DNA of 27,591 nucleotides, taken from a virus (taxonomy: Duplodnaviria; Caudoviricetes). Position 1 is the first letter of the stretch; every line of letters begins with the position of its first letter. The DNA lies in IMG/VR virus record IMGVR_UViG_3300030059_000688, positions 1 to 27,591 of that record, one strand, 5' to 3'. A program made the translations under genes and the position numbers. The notes under the pieces were generated by a model that had not been told where the DNA came from, did not search any database, and saw nothing but the letters and a program-made list of their open reading frames with translations. Shown here piece after piece: positions 9,861 to 19,074 of this stretch.

Positions 9861-12800
9861 TGACTGCTCAAACGGTAGATTTAAATGAAATTTTTTCTAA
9901 AAATAAAGAAATTAAATCTTCACAAAAAGAGACTATTAATTTAGATGATATTTTTTATAGGGGATTTGATAAAGGTAGTGATGAAGCTTTAGCGGACTTT
10001 GTTGGACAAGAAAAATTAGGAGAACCTGGATTAAAAGGACCAAAAATAAGAGGTCAAATATCTTCAAGTGATACTTTTCAAGAAAAACAAAATCAGTTTA
10101 AAGAGTTATATCCCGATGGAGAATTAGTTTTTGTTCCTGGAGGAGAAGGAAACCCTAGTGGTAAAAGAGCAGGAGAAATATTATTTAGAAAAGATATGTC
10201 TAATCCATGGTCTAGATTAGATGCTAAATTTTTTGAGGGCGGAGGAAACGAATTTTTAGCAGACTTATCGGAATTTTTATACGATGATATAGGTGTTATT
10301 GCAGGTGAAATAGCTGCAGGTTCTAAAAAAGTCGCAAAAGTAATTTCTCCTTTTACAAAATCAATTCCATTTTTAGGTGGCCTAACTACAAGTTTTGAAG
10401 TGTTTCCCATGTTAACAAGAATGGCATTTTACGGTGCTGCAGGAGAATTAGCACAAGAAGGTGTACAAGAATTTAAAGGCATTAACGAACAATCTTTTAA
10501 AGAAATAGCTGAAACAGCAGGTTTTAAAGGCTTGTTATCTAGTGTTGGAACAGCAATCTTAACTCCTCTAACTAATAGATTAGGTAATTTATTTACGGGA
10601 AAAGGTGTTCTTAAAAGAAGTGATCAAGCGGGAGAAGCAAATGCAGCAGTAGAGGAGATTAATATAATGTTGCAAGATCTTAACATTATGAACGACAAGG
10701 GAGAAATTATACAACTTCCGGGTTTGCCTGCAAACTTATTGGTAGATTCTCCTATTGTACAAAGAGTTGGAAAACAAATTGCTGCCACAGGAGGTAAGCT
10801 TTCAGGGGCTTATCGAGATATTAATGAACAAATTGCTTTAGCTTTAGAAAAAGTAGGAGATGTTGGTAGTGCTGAAAAATTAATTAATCTTTTAGACATG
10901 GCCACAAATATTGAAAAAAATAATTTGTTTGATTTACTCAATTATGCAAAACTTGGTAGCTTACAATTTGATCAATTAGGAAAACAAGAAAGAACTAGAA
11001 TTTTAAATGTTTTTGGAATTAAAAATATAGATGAGTTAAAAGATTTACCTCAATCAGAATTAGATAAAGTTATTGAAGAAAGTATAGAAGTTTTTGCTAA
11101 ACCAGGAGGTGCACTTGACTTATCCTATAATGCAGCTGTAAAATCTTTAAAAAAATTCAAGCCTGATGGTATTCAATTTGATTTAACAAATATAAAAGGA
11201 ATCGCAACAAGAGGAGCCTTTGGAATAACTCAAAAAAAAAATAAAGTCGAGGGAAATTCTGATGATTTATCAGAATATATATTATCAAAATTTGGGAAAG
11301 ATAGACTACTAAATGTTACCAATAGAGCTAGTAAAAAAATTACAGACGAAATGGATGATGATCTTGCAGAAAAGATTTATGCTAGAGAATATAGAAACTA
11401 TATAATTGAACAACAAGGATCTGACCCTTTAATTAAGATAAATGAAACAGCAGGTAAGCTAGATAACATATTTACCGCTTTTAGAGATATAGGATCAGAC
11501 GGAACTGTTAATGTTAAAGTTCCTACAGGTGTTAACGAAGGTGCGAAAAAAGTAACTACTTTTGATTTTTTATTTGATGCTAGAAAACAATTAAATGATA
11601 TTTTAGGTCAACCAGTAGGTAATGTTTCTACGGATCAAAAAAGAATTGCTAGAGAAATGTTAACAGAAATAGATTCTGTTATAAAAAACCCTGCTAACGC
11701 AAGTGACGGTTGGAAAAAAGCTTATGAAGCTTTAATAAATATAAACGATGAGCAAATTAAACTAACAAATCTACCTATCATTTTAGGAATTGGTAAAAGT
11801 AATTATACAGATTTACTTAAAGGTTATATGTCTCCAAATATGAATACTCGTGATTTAAAACTTCTTTTTCAAACTATGGATCCAAAAGCAAATATTGCTT
11901 TTAAACAAGGAGTTCTTAATCAATTAATTGGTGATAGTGATAAATTAACAAATTTACCTAAAATTTTAAAAACATATGATAAAGAAGCTTTACAATTTAT
12001 TTTTGATAAAAAAACTTTTACAGCTTTAGAAAATTTGTCTGGCTTTATGCAAAAATTAGATAATTCTAATTTTCAAAAAGTATTAGATACTCAAGTTTCA
12101 TTTGCAAAGGGTATAGACACTTTTATTTCTAATAATAATACAAAAGGAATAAATGAAGCTTTAAATTTTATTAAAAACCTTGAGGGAGGCTTTGATAGTA
12201 AACTTGGTAAATCTTTTCATGATAGTATTATTAATAGATTGTTTCAAAATTCTACAAAAAAAGTTAAAGGAATATTAGATTTTAATCAAGGAAGTTACAG
12301 AAATTATATTAATGAACTAAAAGATAAAGGTATTTATGAAACTTTTAATCCAAAAACAAAAAAACTTCTTGAAAATATTGATTTAGTTAAAGATTTTTTG
12401 GTACAAGGTGGAGATGCCGGTACTTCTTTAGAAGCAGCTGCATTAGCATCAGAAGTTAAAGGTGTTGTCACTGATCTATCAGCAATACCAAGTCTACTTA
12501 GACAAGCAGCTGAAATTATTGGTCTTGGTAAATTATTTACATCCACTTCAGGAAAAGCTTTTTTAATAGGAGACAAAAAAGGAGCTGCTCAATTTACACC
12601 TGGTAACGTACAAAAAACTATTGGTGCAATTGTTACGGAATTAACAGGCAGTACACTTACATCAAAAGAAAATCAAAATATTAATAAATTATTTGAAATA
12701 TTAGAGTATGTAAATCCTTTTACTAAGGAAGATGATAAACCTGATGAGATTGATGGCATCGAAAACAAAGTCATAAATAATGAAACAAATTTTACTTCTT

Positions 12801-13003
12801 CAATTGTACCTAGTTCACGGTTAAGTCAACCAAACATGGCACCTCCTATAGGCGCAGGAGCAGGTCCTAAGATTAATACTACGGCCGGTGGTCCAAGCAC
12901 CATGAACCTTGGACAACAACTTTTTAACAAACCAGGAGAGATTACATTTGCCTCAAAAGGTGGTATAATGAACACGATGAAAGCAACACAGAGGGTATTA
13001 TAA
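9860..13003 (+). CDS. putative large ejection/internal virion protein
   Basis: 1047 aa, mostly helical, with a hydrophobic Gly/Ala stretch near aa 145-250; size and position match the largest podoviral ejection proteins. Confidence 0.55.
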   Translation: MTAQTVDLNEIFSKNKEIKSSQKETINLDDIFYRGFDKGSDEALADFVGQEKLGEPGLKGPKIRGQISSSDTFQEKQNQFKELYPDGELVFVPGGEGNPSGKRAGEILFRKDMSNPWSRLDAKFFEGGGNEFLADLSEFLYDDIGVIAGEIAAGSKKVAKVISPFTKSIPFLGGLTTSFEVFPMLTRMAFYGAAGELAQEGVQEFKGINEQSFKEIAETAGFKGLLSSVGTAILTPLTNRLGNLFTGKGVLKRSDQAGEANAAVEEINIMLQDLNIMNDKGEIIQLPGLPANLLVDSPIVQRVGKQIAATGGKLSGAYRDINEQIALALEKVGDVGSAEKLINLLDMATNIEKNNLFDLLNYAKLGSLQFDQLGKQERTRILNVFGIKNIDELKDLPQSELDKVIEESIEVFAKPGGALDLSYNAAVKSLKKFKPDGIQFDLTNIKGIATRGAFGITQKKNKVEGNSDDLSEYILSKFGKDRLLNVTNRASKKITDEMDDDLAEKIYAREYRNYIIEQQGSDPLIKINETAGKLDNIFTAFRDIGSDGTVNVKVPTGVNEGAKKVTTFDFLFDARKQLNDILGQPVGNVSTDQKRIAREMLTEIDSVIKNPANASDGWKKAYEALININDEQIKLTNLPIILGIGKSNYTDLLKGYMSPNMNTRDLKLLFQTMDPKANIAFKQGVLNQLIGDSDKLTNLPKILKTYDKEALQFIFDKKTFTALENLSGFMQKLDNSNFQKVLDTQVSFAKGIDTFISNNNTKGINEALNFIKNLEGGFDSKLGKSFHDSIINRLFQNSTKKVKGILDFNQGSYRNYINELKDKGIYETFNPKTKKLLENIDLVKDFLVQGGDAGTSLEAAALASEVKGVVTDLSAIPSLLRQAAEIIGLGKLFTSTSGKAFLIGDKKGAAQFTPGNVQKTIGAIVTELTGSTLTSKENQNINKLFEILEYVNPFTKEDDKPDEIDGIENKVINNETNFTSSIVPSSRLSQPNMAPPIGAGAGPKINTTAGGPSTMNLGQQLFNKPGEITFASKGGIMNTMKATQRVL

Positions 13004-14679
13004 TGGCAAGTCCAAATCAAAAATTTAAAGATGAACAAAAATCTAAATCGCAAGGACCTCCTTCACGAAGAGATAGAAGAGATACTACACCAGCACCTGA
13101 TAGAGAAACTATTTTAAGAGAGTTAGATACTGTAATAAACGAAAGAAATAACGCTCCTAACGAAGGGTTTGTAAGAACTCCTGAAATGTTTAACTCTCCT
13201 AATGAAGGGTTTGTAAGAACTCCTGAAATGAACAATGCTCAAAATTTTGGTTTAGGCAGAATATATAACCCTAATGAAGGATTTGTAAGAACTCCTGAAA
13301 TGAATAATGCTCAAAATTTTGGTTTAGGCAGAATATATAACCCTAACGAAGGGTTTGTAAGAACTCCTGAAATGTTTAACGCTCCTAATTTTGGGGCAGG
13401 TTCTGCAACTAATGCACCTAACGAAGGATTTGTAAGAACTCCTGAAATGAATAATGCTCAGAATTTTGGTTTAGGAACAAACGAACAAAAGAATTTTGGT
13501 TTAGGTTTTCCTGAATCTTATAGTGGGGTTTACCAAGGTAAAGATTATAGCGGCAGTTCTATGGGAAATATAGGACAGTCTACAGGTAATGCTCAAAATT
13601 TTGGTTTAGGATCAATGGAATCAAGTGATCCTTCTTCTAATTTGCCAAATACTCCTCCTCCGGGATATAATCCCAATCAAGGTCTTTTAGATGAAATAGA
13701 TGCTTTGATGAATGAAAAAGGGTCTGATGAAGATGCTACTACAGAAAATAAAGGATTTAATATAATAAATGCAGCAAAACAACTCGCAGGGTTTTTTAGT
13801 CCTATAGGTTTTGCCGCCACTTATGGTCCTAAACTTTTTGATAAGTTTAAAAAAAGTTATGCTAGTGTATTTGGAGATAGACCAGTAGGTAAAGAAATTT
13901 TAGAAAAATTAGCTGCGGGAGGAGATTTATCAACTGAAGAAAAACTTGAACTGGTTGATTTACAAAAAAAATTAGATAAAGAAGAAGGATTTAATAAATT
14001 TAGTTTTGGTGATAGTACCTATCTTAATAGAGAAATAGGAGATTCTACAATTGGAGACTTACTAAGTAATGCTCCAGGTATTGTAAATGAAGATCTTTTA
14101 AACAAATTAATTGAAGACCGAAAAAATAATCCTGAATTAACAACCTTACAAAAATTAGGTAGAGGTATTCCTGAAGGCTACGTTTCTCAAAGTGATATTA
14201 TGAATAATGGAGAATTAGGAATTGCTCAGTTGGCTGCTCTACGTGAACTTTACCCAGAGACATATTATGGTGATACAGGTGAAGGACTTGGTTTTAAACC
14301 AAGATCACAAAGAGAGTTAGAAGATTTAGCAGCGATGGATATAAGTGCCGCTAAAGGTAATGAAGGTTTAGTAAGAGAAATTGCAAGAGCTAGAGAAACC
14401 TTACGTAGAGAAGGTAGAGAAGCACCTGCTGGAATAGCTTCTTTGGCTCCTGTTCTTCCACCTGCGAGTCCTCCTATTACTACTCCTTCACCCGGACCTG
14501 GGAGGCTTCAGCCCGGACCTCTTATGCCTGCTCCTACTCCAGCTCCTGTTAACCCAGGAAATCAATACACGCAACTAGGAATACCGCAAGTTGCACCTAA
14601 TTTACCAGGAGGTTTTCCATCCGGTAATTTTAATGACTATTACAATAATTTAAATCAATTCTTTAATAGAGGAAGATAA
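13003..14679 (+). CDS. repeat-containing low-complexity protein, probable internal virion protein
   Basis: 558 aa; PNEGFVRTPEM x5, NFGLG repeats, Pro-rich C-terminus; TAATG coupled. Confidence 0.65.
   Translation: MASPNQKFKDEQKSKSQGPPSRRDRRDTTPAPDRETILRELDTVINERNNAPNEGFVRTPEMFNSPNEGFVRTPEMNNAQNFGLGRIYNPNEGFVRTPEMNNAQNFGLGRIYNPNEGFVRTPEMFNAPNFGAGSATNAPNEGFVRTPEMNNAQNFGLGTNEQKNFGLGFPESYSGVYQGKDYSGSSMGNIGQSTGNAQNFGLGSMESSDPSSNLPNTPPPGYNPNQGLLDEIDALMNEKGSDEDATTENKGFNIINAAKQLAGFFSPIGFAATYGPKLFDKFKKSYASVFGDRPVGKEILEKLAAGGDLSTEEKLELVDLQKKLDKEEGFNKFSFGDSTYLNREIGDSTIGDLLSNAPGIVNEDLLNKLIEDRKNNPELTTLQKLGRGIPEGYVSQSDIMNNGELGIAQLAALRELYPETYYGDTGEGLGFKPRSQRELEDLAAMDISAAKGNEGLVREIARARETLRREGREAPAGIASLAPVLPPASPPITTPSPGPGRLQPGPLMPAPTPAPVNPGNQYTQLGIPQVAPNLPGGFPSGNFNDYYNNLNQFFNRGR
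13156..13449 (+). repeat. five copies of a 33-bp coding repeat
   Basis: CCTAAYGAAGGRTTTGTAAGAACTCCTGAAATG at 13156, 13198, 13270, 13342 and 13417 (spacings 42, 72, 72, 75; all multiples of 3). Confidence 0.95.
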
Positions 14680-14680
14680 A

Positions 14681-14890
14681 ATGAAAATTGACATTAAGTA
14701 TATAGTTTCTTTTTTCCCTATGATACTTGCCGTCGGAGTTCTATACGGAACTTTTAATAACAAAATAGAGGCCTTAGAAAAAGAAGTTAGTAGTATAGCA
14801 GATATGAAAACAGATGTGGCTATTATAAAAGAAAAAATTATATGGATGGAAGAATATATGATCAAAGTTCTTGAAGATCCTATTAGATAG
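14681..14890 (+). CDS. small membrane protein (N-terminal TM + coiled coil)
   Basis: RBS GAGG; hydrophobic YIVSFFPMILAVGVLYG followed by a heptad-like region. Confidence 0.65.
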   Translation: MKIDIKYIVSFFPMILAVGVLYGTFNNKIEALEKEVSSIADMKTDVAIIKEKIIWMEEYMIKVLEDPIR

Positions 14891-15049
14891 ATGGAACTTT
14901 CAATATTTGTTCATAGATGTATGACTTTTATATATGAAATAATTAATCATATTAAAAAAATGGACACTACAGCTTCTTTAATAACACTGCTCGTTGTTTG
15001 TTGGATTCTATTTATGATTACGTTTGAAAAGGTAGCTTTTAATTTATGA
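14891..15049 (+). CDS. small membrane protein (52 aa; not in ORF track)
   Basis: MELSIFVHRCMTFIYEIINHIKKMDTTASLITLLVVCWILFMITFEKVAFNL*. Fills the gap exactly; its TGA overlaps the next ATG. Confidence 0.5.
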   Translation: MELSIFVHRCMTFIYEIINHIKKMDTTASLITLLVVCWILFMITFEKVAFNL

Positions 15050-15408
15050 AAATATCAGATCAAACAAGTGTTTCTATGCCTATGAAAAATTTGTTAAGTA
15101 TTCTTGGAGCAACAGCAGTTGGTGTGTGGGCGTACTTTGGAGTTATTGAAAGATTAAATAATATAGAAACTAGAGCTACTTTATTTGAAGCAGACTTAGT
15201 TAAACAAGCTGACCAGATTCCTTTAGACCAAGAACAGTTTATGTTGATTGAATTTATGGCAGAACAATTAGAAGGTATTCAAGAACAAATGGACACTATG
15301 ATGTCAAATACAGTTAATATTGATTTTTTAAAAGACCAGGTTTTAAAATTACAAGATGATGTTGAAGAATTAAAAGATAGAGTAAGAGAAAACAAAAATG
15401 GTTACTAA
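15046..15408 (+). CDS. membrane-anchored coiled-coil protein
   Basis: TM LLSILGATAVGVWAYFGVI followed by an acidic coiled coil. Confidence 0.7.
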   Translation: MKISDQTSVSMPMKNLLSILGATAVGVWAYFGVIERLNNIETRATLFEADLVKQADQIPLDQEQFMLIEFMAEQLEGIQEQMDTMMSNTVNIDFLKDQVLKLQDDVEELKDRVRENKNGY

Positions 15409-15613
15409 AGTTATTATAGCATTATTATTATTTTCACAGGGTACTATGATTGAACATACTGTAACAGATGGTATTAAAGATTGCCTTGAGAAAAAAAGAA
15501 TAATGAAAAGAAATATGGCAGACACAGTACAAATATCTTGTGCTAGAGTAGAAGCACAAATAGAAACTAAACAAGGCTTTGAATTTATTAGATCTATGAG
15601 TAAAGTAGACTAG
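15398..15613 (+). CDS. small exported protein with two Cys
   Basis: Hydrophobic N-terminus (VIIALLLFS) and a C...C pair. Confidence 0.65.
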   Translation: MVTKVIIALLLFSQGTMIEHTVTDGIKDCLEKKRIMKRNMADTVQISCARVEAQIETKQGFEFIRSMSKVD

Positions 15614-16170
15614 TGAAATATATATTTATAATTATATTATTATTGACTTCTTGCACATTTACAGTAGCAGATGCCGCAGATTCAAATACTGTGAGTTCTA
15701 CCGTAGTTACAAACAATACTCCACCTACAGCTAATAGTCCTTCCGTGGTAGTTAATAATTCAGATGTATGTACTTCAGGTTATTCTGGAAGTATTCAAAC
15801 ACAAGTTTTAGGTATTAGTTCAGGTGTAACAATCAAAGACACAAATTGTGAAATGATTAAACTTGCGAGGTCTTTATTTGGTATGCAAATGCGTGTGGCT
15901 GCGGTCGCTACGCTCTGTGCAGACCCACGAATTTTTGATGCGATGTGGATGTCAGCTAGTTTTTGTCCATACATGGGTTTTATAGGCGAGGACGCTAAAC
16001 AAGGTTGGTTAGATAATCCTCATATGGTACCTGAAGGTAGTCAAGTATTTGCAGCTATGGCTAAGACAGAAGAAGAACAAAAAATTAAAGAAGAAAAACC
16101 TAAAGAGGAAAGACACAATGATCTTAAGAAATACATTATTAGTGGTATTACTTTGTTGCTTCTACTCTAA
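15613..16170 (+). CDS. exported Cys-containing protein, possible lipoprotein with C-terminal anchor
   Basis: GTG start; MKYIFIIILLLTSC contains a lipobox-like LTSC; four further Cys; C-terminal hydrophobic tail. Confidence 0.7.
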   Translation: MKYIFIIILLLTSCTFTVADAADSNTVSSTVVTNNTPPTANSPSVVVNNSDVCTSGYSGSIQTQVLGISSGVTIKDTNCEMIKLARSLFGMQMRVAAVATLCADPRIFDAMWMSASFCPYMGFIGEDAKQGWLDNPHMVPEGSQVFAAMAKTEEEQKIKEEKPKEERHNDLKKYIISGITLLLLL

Positions 16171-17755
16171 CCTTCAAGCAGGTTGCACAACAGAAACAGA
16201 AGGTCTTTGTACACTAGGTACAACTACTGAAACCTCAGGATCAGAAGTCACAGACACTATTGTTATTCATCAAGATTCAGGAGATTTATTAGAAAGTGGT
16301 AGTGATTTTATAGCCACTTCTAAAGAAGGGGACATGGATTTGGACTGGGGTGGGTCTGGGCCTGCAAGCATGAAAAGTGGTAGTTCTTGTTATGGTTTAG
16401 GTGCTGATAAGTGTGCCATGATTACAGGTAGTGGTAACTCAACTTCTAAAATGGGTGTACAAGGTATGGGAACAACTTTTACACAAACGATTGACATATC
16501 TGATCTAAGTATTACACATGGTGGTGAAACTAATTATACAATTAAAGTAGATAAACAAGATCCAGCCGATAGAATCTACATGAATGTAACAGGAAAATAT
16601 GGCAATACTCAAGTCTTTACAGGAACTGATATCTTATCTGAATCTGGAGTTACTTCCGGATACCAACAGTATTCAGGTAGTTTTGATTTTAGCGGCTTTT
16701 TAAATTTAATTACAGTAGAGGTAGGAGGACGTGATATTTCTCTTGCTGTGGGACCAGTCTTTGATGACGTTTCAATCAACATACTTTACAACGTGGTGAC
16801 CACAATTGTTAATCAACAAATACAAGAACTAGAAGAATTTTTAGTATTAAATTATGAACAAGATATTAATGATGTTGCAGAAATGATCTTTGAAAATAAT
16901 GATGTTACTGATGACTTTAATTTTGAACCTATTGAATCAACTACAGAAGAGTTTTCTTTTGAATCTGTAGAAATGGAAATGCAAGAGTTTGAGATGGATT
17001 TTCAAATGGATATGGATATGGAATATGATATGCCTGACATTGTCATGATGCCTACAAACATGGACATGGACATGGAAATGCCTATGGAAATTACAGTAGC
17101 ATCAGTAGAAATGGATATTGAAATGGAAATGGATTTTCCTGAACCACAACAAATGGAGATAGTAAATGTTGAAACAACAGAAGAACCAACTATGGATATG
17201 CAGGAGACTATGGAAGAAGAACCTATTGTGGAAACTTCTATGGATAATGAACCTACTGAACCCAAACCAGAATCTACTCAAGAGGACACACAAGAACCAG
17301 AAATGGAACCTGAATCTGAGACCACGGAACCCGAACCAGAGTCCGAACCTGAAGAAACAAAACAAGAACCAGAAGAAGTTGAAGCCGAACAAGAACCAGA
17401 GCCTGAACCTGAAGAAGTAGAGGAAGAAGTTGAAAAGCCTAAAAAAGAAATAAAGAAAGAGCCTAAAAAAGAACCTACAGCTAAACAAAAAGCAGCTACA
17501 AAAATAGTAAAAGATATGGGTGATAAGGGTAGATATGAAGCAGGTAATCAAATTAAAACATTAATAGTTATGAATATATTAAGTAATTCAAAAGATTTTT
17601 TTGATGTTCAACAAAATATACCTAATATAGAAGGATTTTTTAATAATGACACATTGCCTGATACTTCAATATCTGATAATAATATAGCTGGATATATTTT
17701 ATTTGGAGGAAGCAACACTACTTATGACAAAATGGTAGAAGCACAATATAAATGA
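16118..17755 (+). CDS. exported acidic protein with Met/Asp-rich and Glu/Pro-rich linker
   Basis: Preferred start is 16118 (GAGGA RBS; signal peptide MILRNTLLVVLLCCFYSNLQA) rather than 16049. Beta-rich N-domain, MDMDME repeats, EPEPE then KKEPKK linker. Confidence 0.7.
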   Translation: MILRNTLLVVLLCCFYSNLQAGCTTETEGLCTLGTTTETSGSEVTDTIVIHQDSGDLLESGSDFIATSKEGDMDLDWGGSGPASMKSGSSCYGLGADKCAMITGSGNSTSKMGVQGMGTTFTQTIDISDLSITHGGETNYTIKVDKQDPADRIYMNVTGKYGNTQVFTGTDILSESGVTSGYQQYSGSFDFSGFLNLITVEVGGRDISLAVGPVFDDVSINILYNVVTTIVNQQIQELEEFLVLNYEQDINDVAEMIFENNDVTDDFNFEPIESTTEEFSFESVEMEMQEFEMDFQMDMDMEYDMPDIVMMPTNMDMDMEMPMEITVASVEMDIEMEMDFPEPQQMEIVNVETTEEPTMDMQETMEEEPIVETSMDNEPTEPKPESTQEDTQEPEMEPESETTEPEPESEPEETKQEPEEVEAEQEPEPEPEEVEEEVEKPKKEIKKEPKKEPTAKQKAATKIVKDMGDKGRYEAGNQIKTLIVMNILSNSKDFFDVQQNIPNIEGFFNNDTLPDTSISDNNIAGYILFGGSNTTYDKMVEAQYK

Positions 17756-17904
17756 CTGAATTAACAAAAAGACAAAAAGAAACAATGTCGAGACATAAAG
17801 AACACCACACAGCTAAACACATGAAAGTCATGACAACTGCAATGAAAAAAGGTAAAACTTTCGGGGCTGCACATAAGATAGCTATGAAAAAAGTAGGTAG
17901 ATAA
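17752..17904 (+). CDS. small His/Met/Lys-rich protein (50 aa; not in ORF track)
   Basis: MTELTKRQKETMSRHKEHHTAKHMKVMTTAMKKGKTFGAAHKIAMKKVGR*; ATGA overlap. Confidence 0.75.
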   Translation: MTELTKRQKETMSRHKEHHTAKHMKVMTTAMKKGKTFGAAHKIAMKKVGR

Positions 17905-17906
17905 AT

Positions 17907-18386
17907 ATGGAAGCTGAATTTGGAGGATTAAAATTTAAGGGAGGTAAGGTCTTTGCTATCTTACTTGCTCTTGGAACTCTTATAGGATCTTTGTATGGTG
18001 GCTTTGTTGCGTTCAAGGATTATCAAGACATGAAGCAAACCATGTTGAATTATACTGCCCCTGATTTGAGTTCAATTGAAACAAAATTAGAAGTTGTACA
18101 AACTGAAGTAGATATGATTATGCAAGAAATGACTATGTTGTTAAGCGAAGTTTCGCTAATATCAGATGTAGCTAATGAATTAAAAAATGACCTTCGCACA
18201 GATTTACGCAGAGTTGAATCTATAATCGAAGACGTAGAACAAAATCAAAAACAAGATTCTCGTGAAAATCAAGCTGATATTAAAAATGCAATTAAAGATA
18301 TTAAAGAAGAAATGATTGAACTAGAAGAAAAAGTTGCAAATACAATTCAAAAAACTTTAGCTAATCCTTTAGCTAATATGAAGTAA
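17907..18386 (+). CDS. membrane-anchored coiled-coil protein
   Basis: TM VFAILLALGTLIGSLYGGFVAF, long coiled coil, ends in LANPLA. Confidence 0.75.
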   Translation: MEAEFGGLKFKGGKVFAILLALGTLIGSLYGGFVAFKDYQDMKQTMLNYTAPDLSSIETKLEVVQTEVDMIMQEMTMLLSEVSLISDVANELKNDLRTDLRRVESIIEDVEQNQKQDSRENQADIKNAIKDIKEEMIELEEKVANTIQKTLANPLANMK

Positions 18387-18523
18387 TGGCTTCTCAACAA
18401 ACAATATCAGAATATTTTAAACCAAAACCTAAAAGAACAAGTATAGGTTGTGGTAATAAATCAAGACCAAACAACAAACATAAAAGGAGATCGTGGAAGA
18501 AATATAATAAACAAGGACATTAA
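18386..18523 (+). CDS. small basic protein (45 aa; not in ORF track)
   Basis: MASQQTISEYFKPKPKRTSIGCGNKSRPNNKHKRRSWKKYNKQGH*; TAATG overlap. Confidence 0.7.
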   Translation: MASQQTISEYFKPKPKRTSIGCGNKSRPNNKHKRRSWKKYNKQGH

Positions 18524-18537
18524 AGGAGAAAAAAATA

Positions 18538-18693
18538 ATGAAGAAATACGCAGTGAAAGAAAATCTTATTCAAGCAATATTAAAATATATGTATAGTAAA
18601 CCTTATGGTGAAGTTCAGGCTTTAATCAAAGAACTTGTTTCTATAGAAGAAATCTTAGAGGAAACTAAAGAAGAAAAGAAAGATAAAAAATAA
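18538..18693 (+). CDS. small hypothetical protein (51 aa; not in ORF track)
   Basis: RBS AAGGAG; MKKYAVKENLIQAILKYMYSKPYGEVQALIKELVSIEEILEETKEEKKDKK*. Confidence 0.75.
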   Translation: MKKYAVKENLIQAILKYMYSKPYGEVQALIKELVSIEEILEETKEEKKDKK

Positions 18694-18727
18694 TGAATAA
18701 ATATGTAGTGAAAGAAAATGGCAAGTT

Positions 18728-18877
18728 TTGATTAAAGTAATAAAAAATAACAAAAAACTAGAAAAAAAAGAACTTATTCCCTGGTATATTAGCCCAGACA
18801 ATAAAGATGTCATAGTTTATTACGAAAAAGAAAAAACAAACGACTGGTGGAAAAAAATACCAAAGGTAAGGTTTTAA
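18728..18877 (+). CDS. possible small protein (49 aa, TTG start; not in ORF track)
   Basis: MIKVIKNNKKLEKKELIPWYISPDNKDVIVYYEKEKTNDWWKKIPKVRF*. TTGA overlap upstream, TAATG overlap downstream. Confidence 0.45.
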   Translation: MIKVIKNNKKLEKKELIPWYISPDNKDVIVYYEKEKTNDWWKKIPKVRF

Positions 18878-19074
18878 TGGAAGACATTGTTGTTATTAAT
18901 AGAGTACAAAGATATATTAAAGATAGTATTGAAAGATCGCAGGAGACATTATTGTCAGGTGGTATTGACAGTATGGAAAAATATCAATACATTGTAGGAC
19001 AAGTTAGATCACTACAAAATATACAACAGGAAATCTCTAACCTGCTAGATAATAAGGAGCAAAATGATGGCTGA
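18877..19074 (+). CDS. small helical head-module protein
   Basis: Preferred start ATG 18877 (TAATG overlap). The GGIDSMEKYQYIVGQVRSL motif is recalled as the gene lying between portal and GroES in related phages. Confidence 0.7.
   Translation: MEDIVVINRVQRYIKDSIERSQETLLSGGIDSMEKYQYIVGQVRSLQNIQQEISNLLDNKEQNDG

Noticed and set aside
13156-13449. CRISPR-like array (33-bp repeats at about 72-bp period)
   Set aside because: The spacers are themselves repeated, all spacings are in frame, variation is synonymous, the repeat is not palindromic and there are no cas genes: it is a coding repeat.
13230-13615. NFGLG(R) resembling FGL-amide neuropeptide or RiPP precursor repeats
   Set aside because: No signal peptide, dibasic sites or modifying enzymes; likely coincidence.
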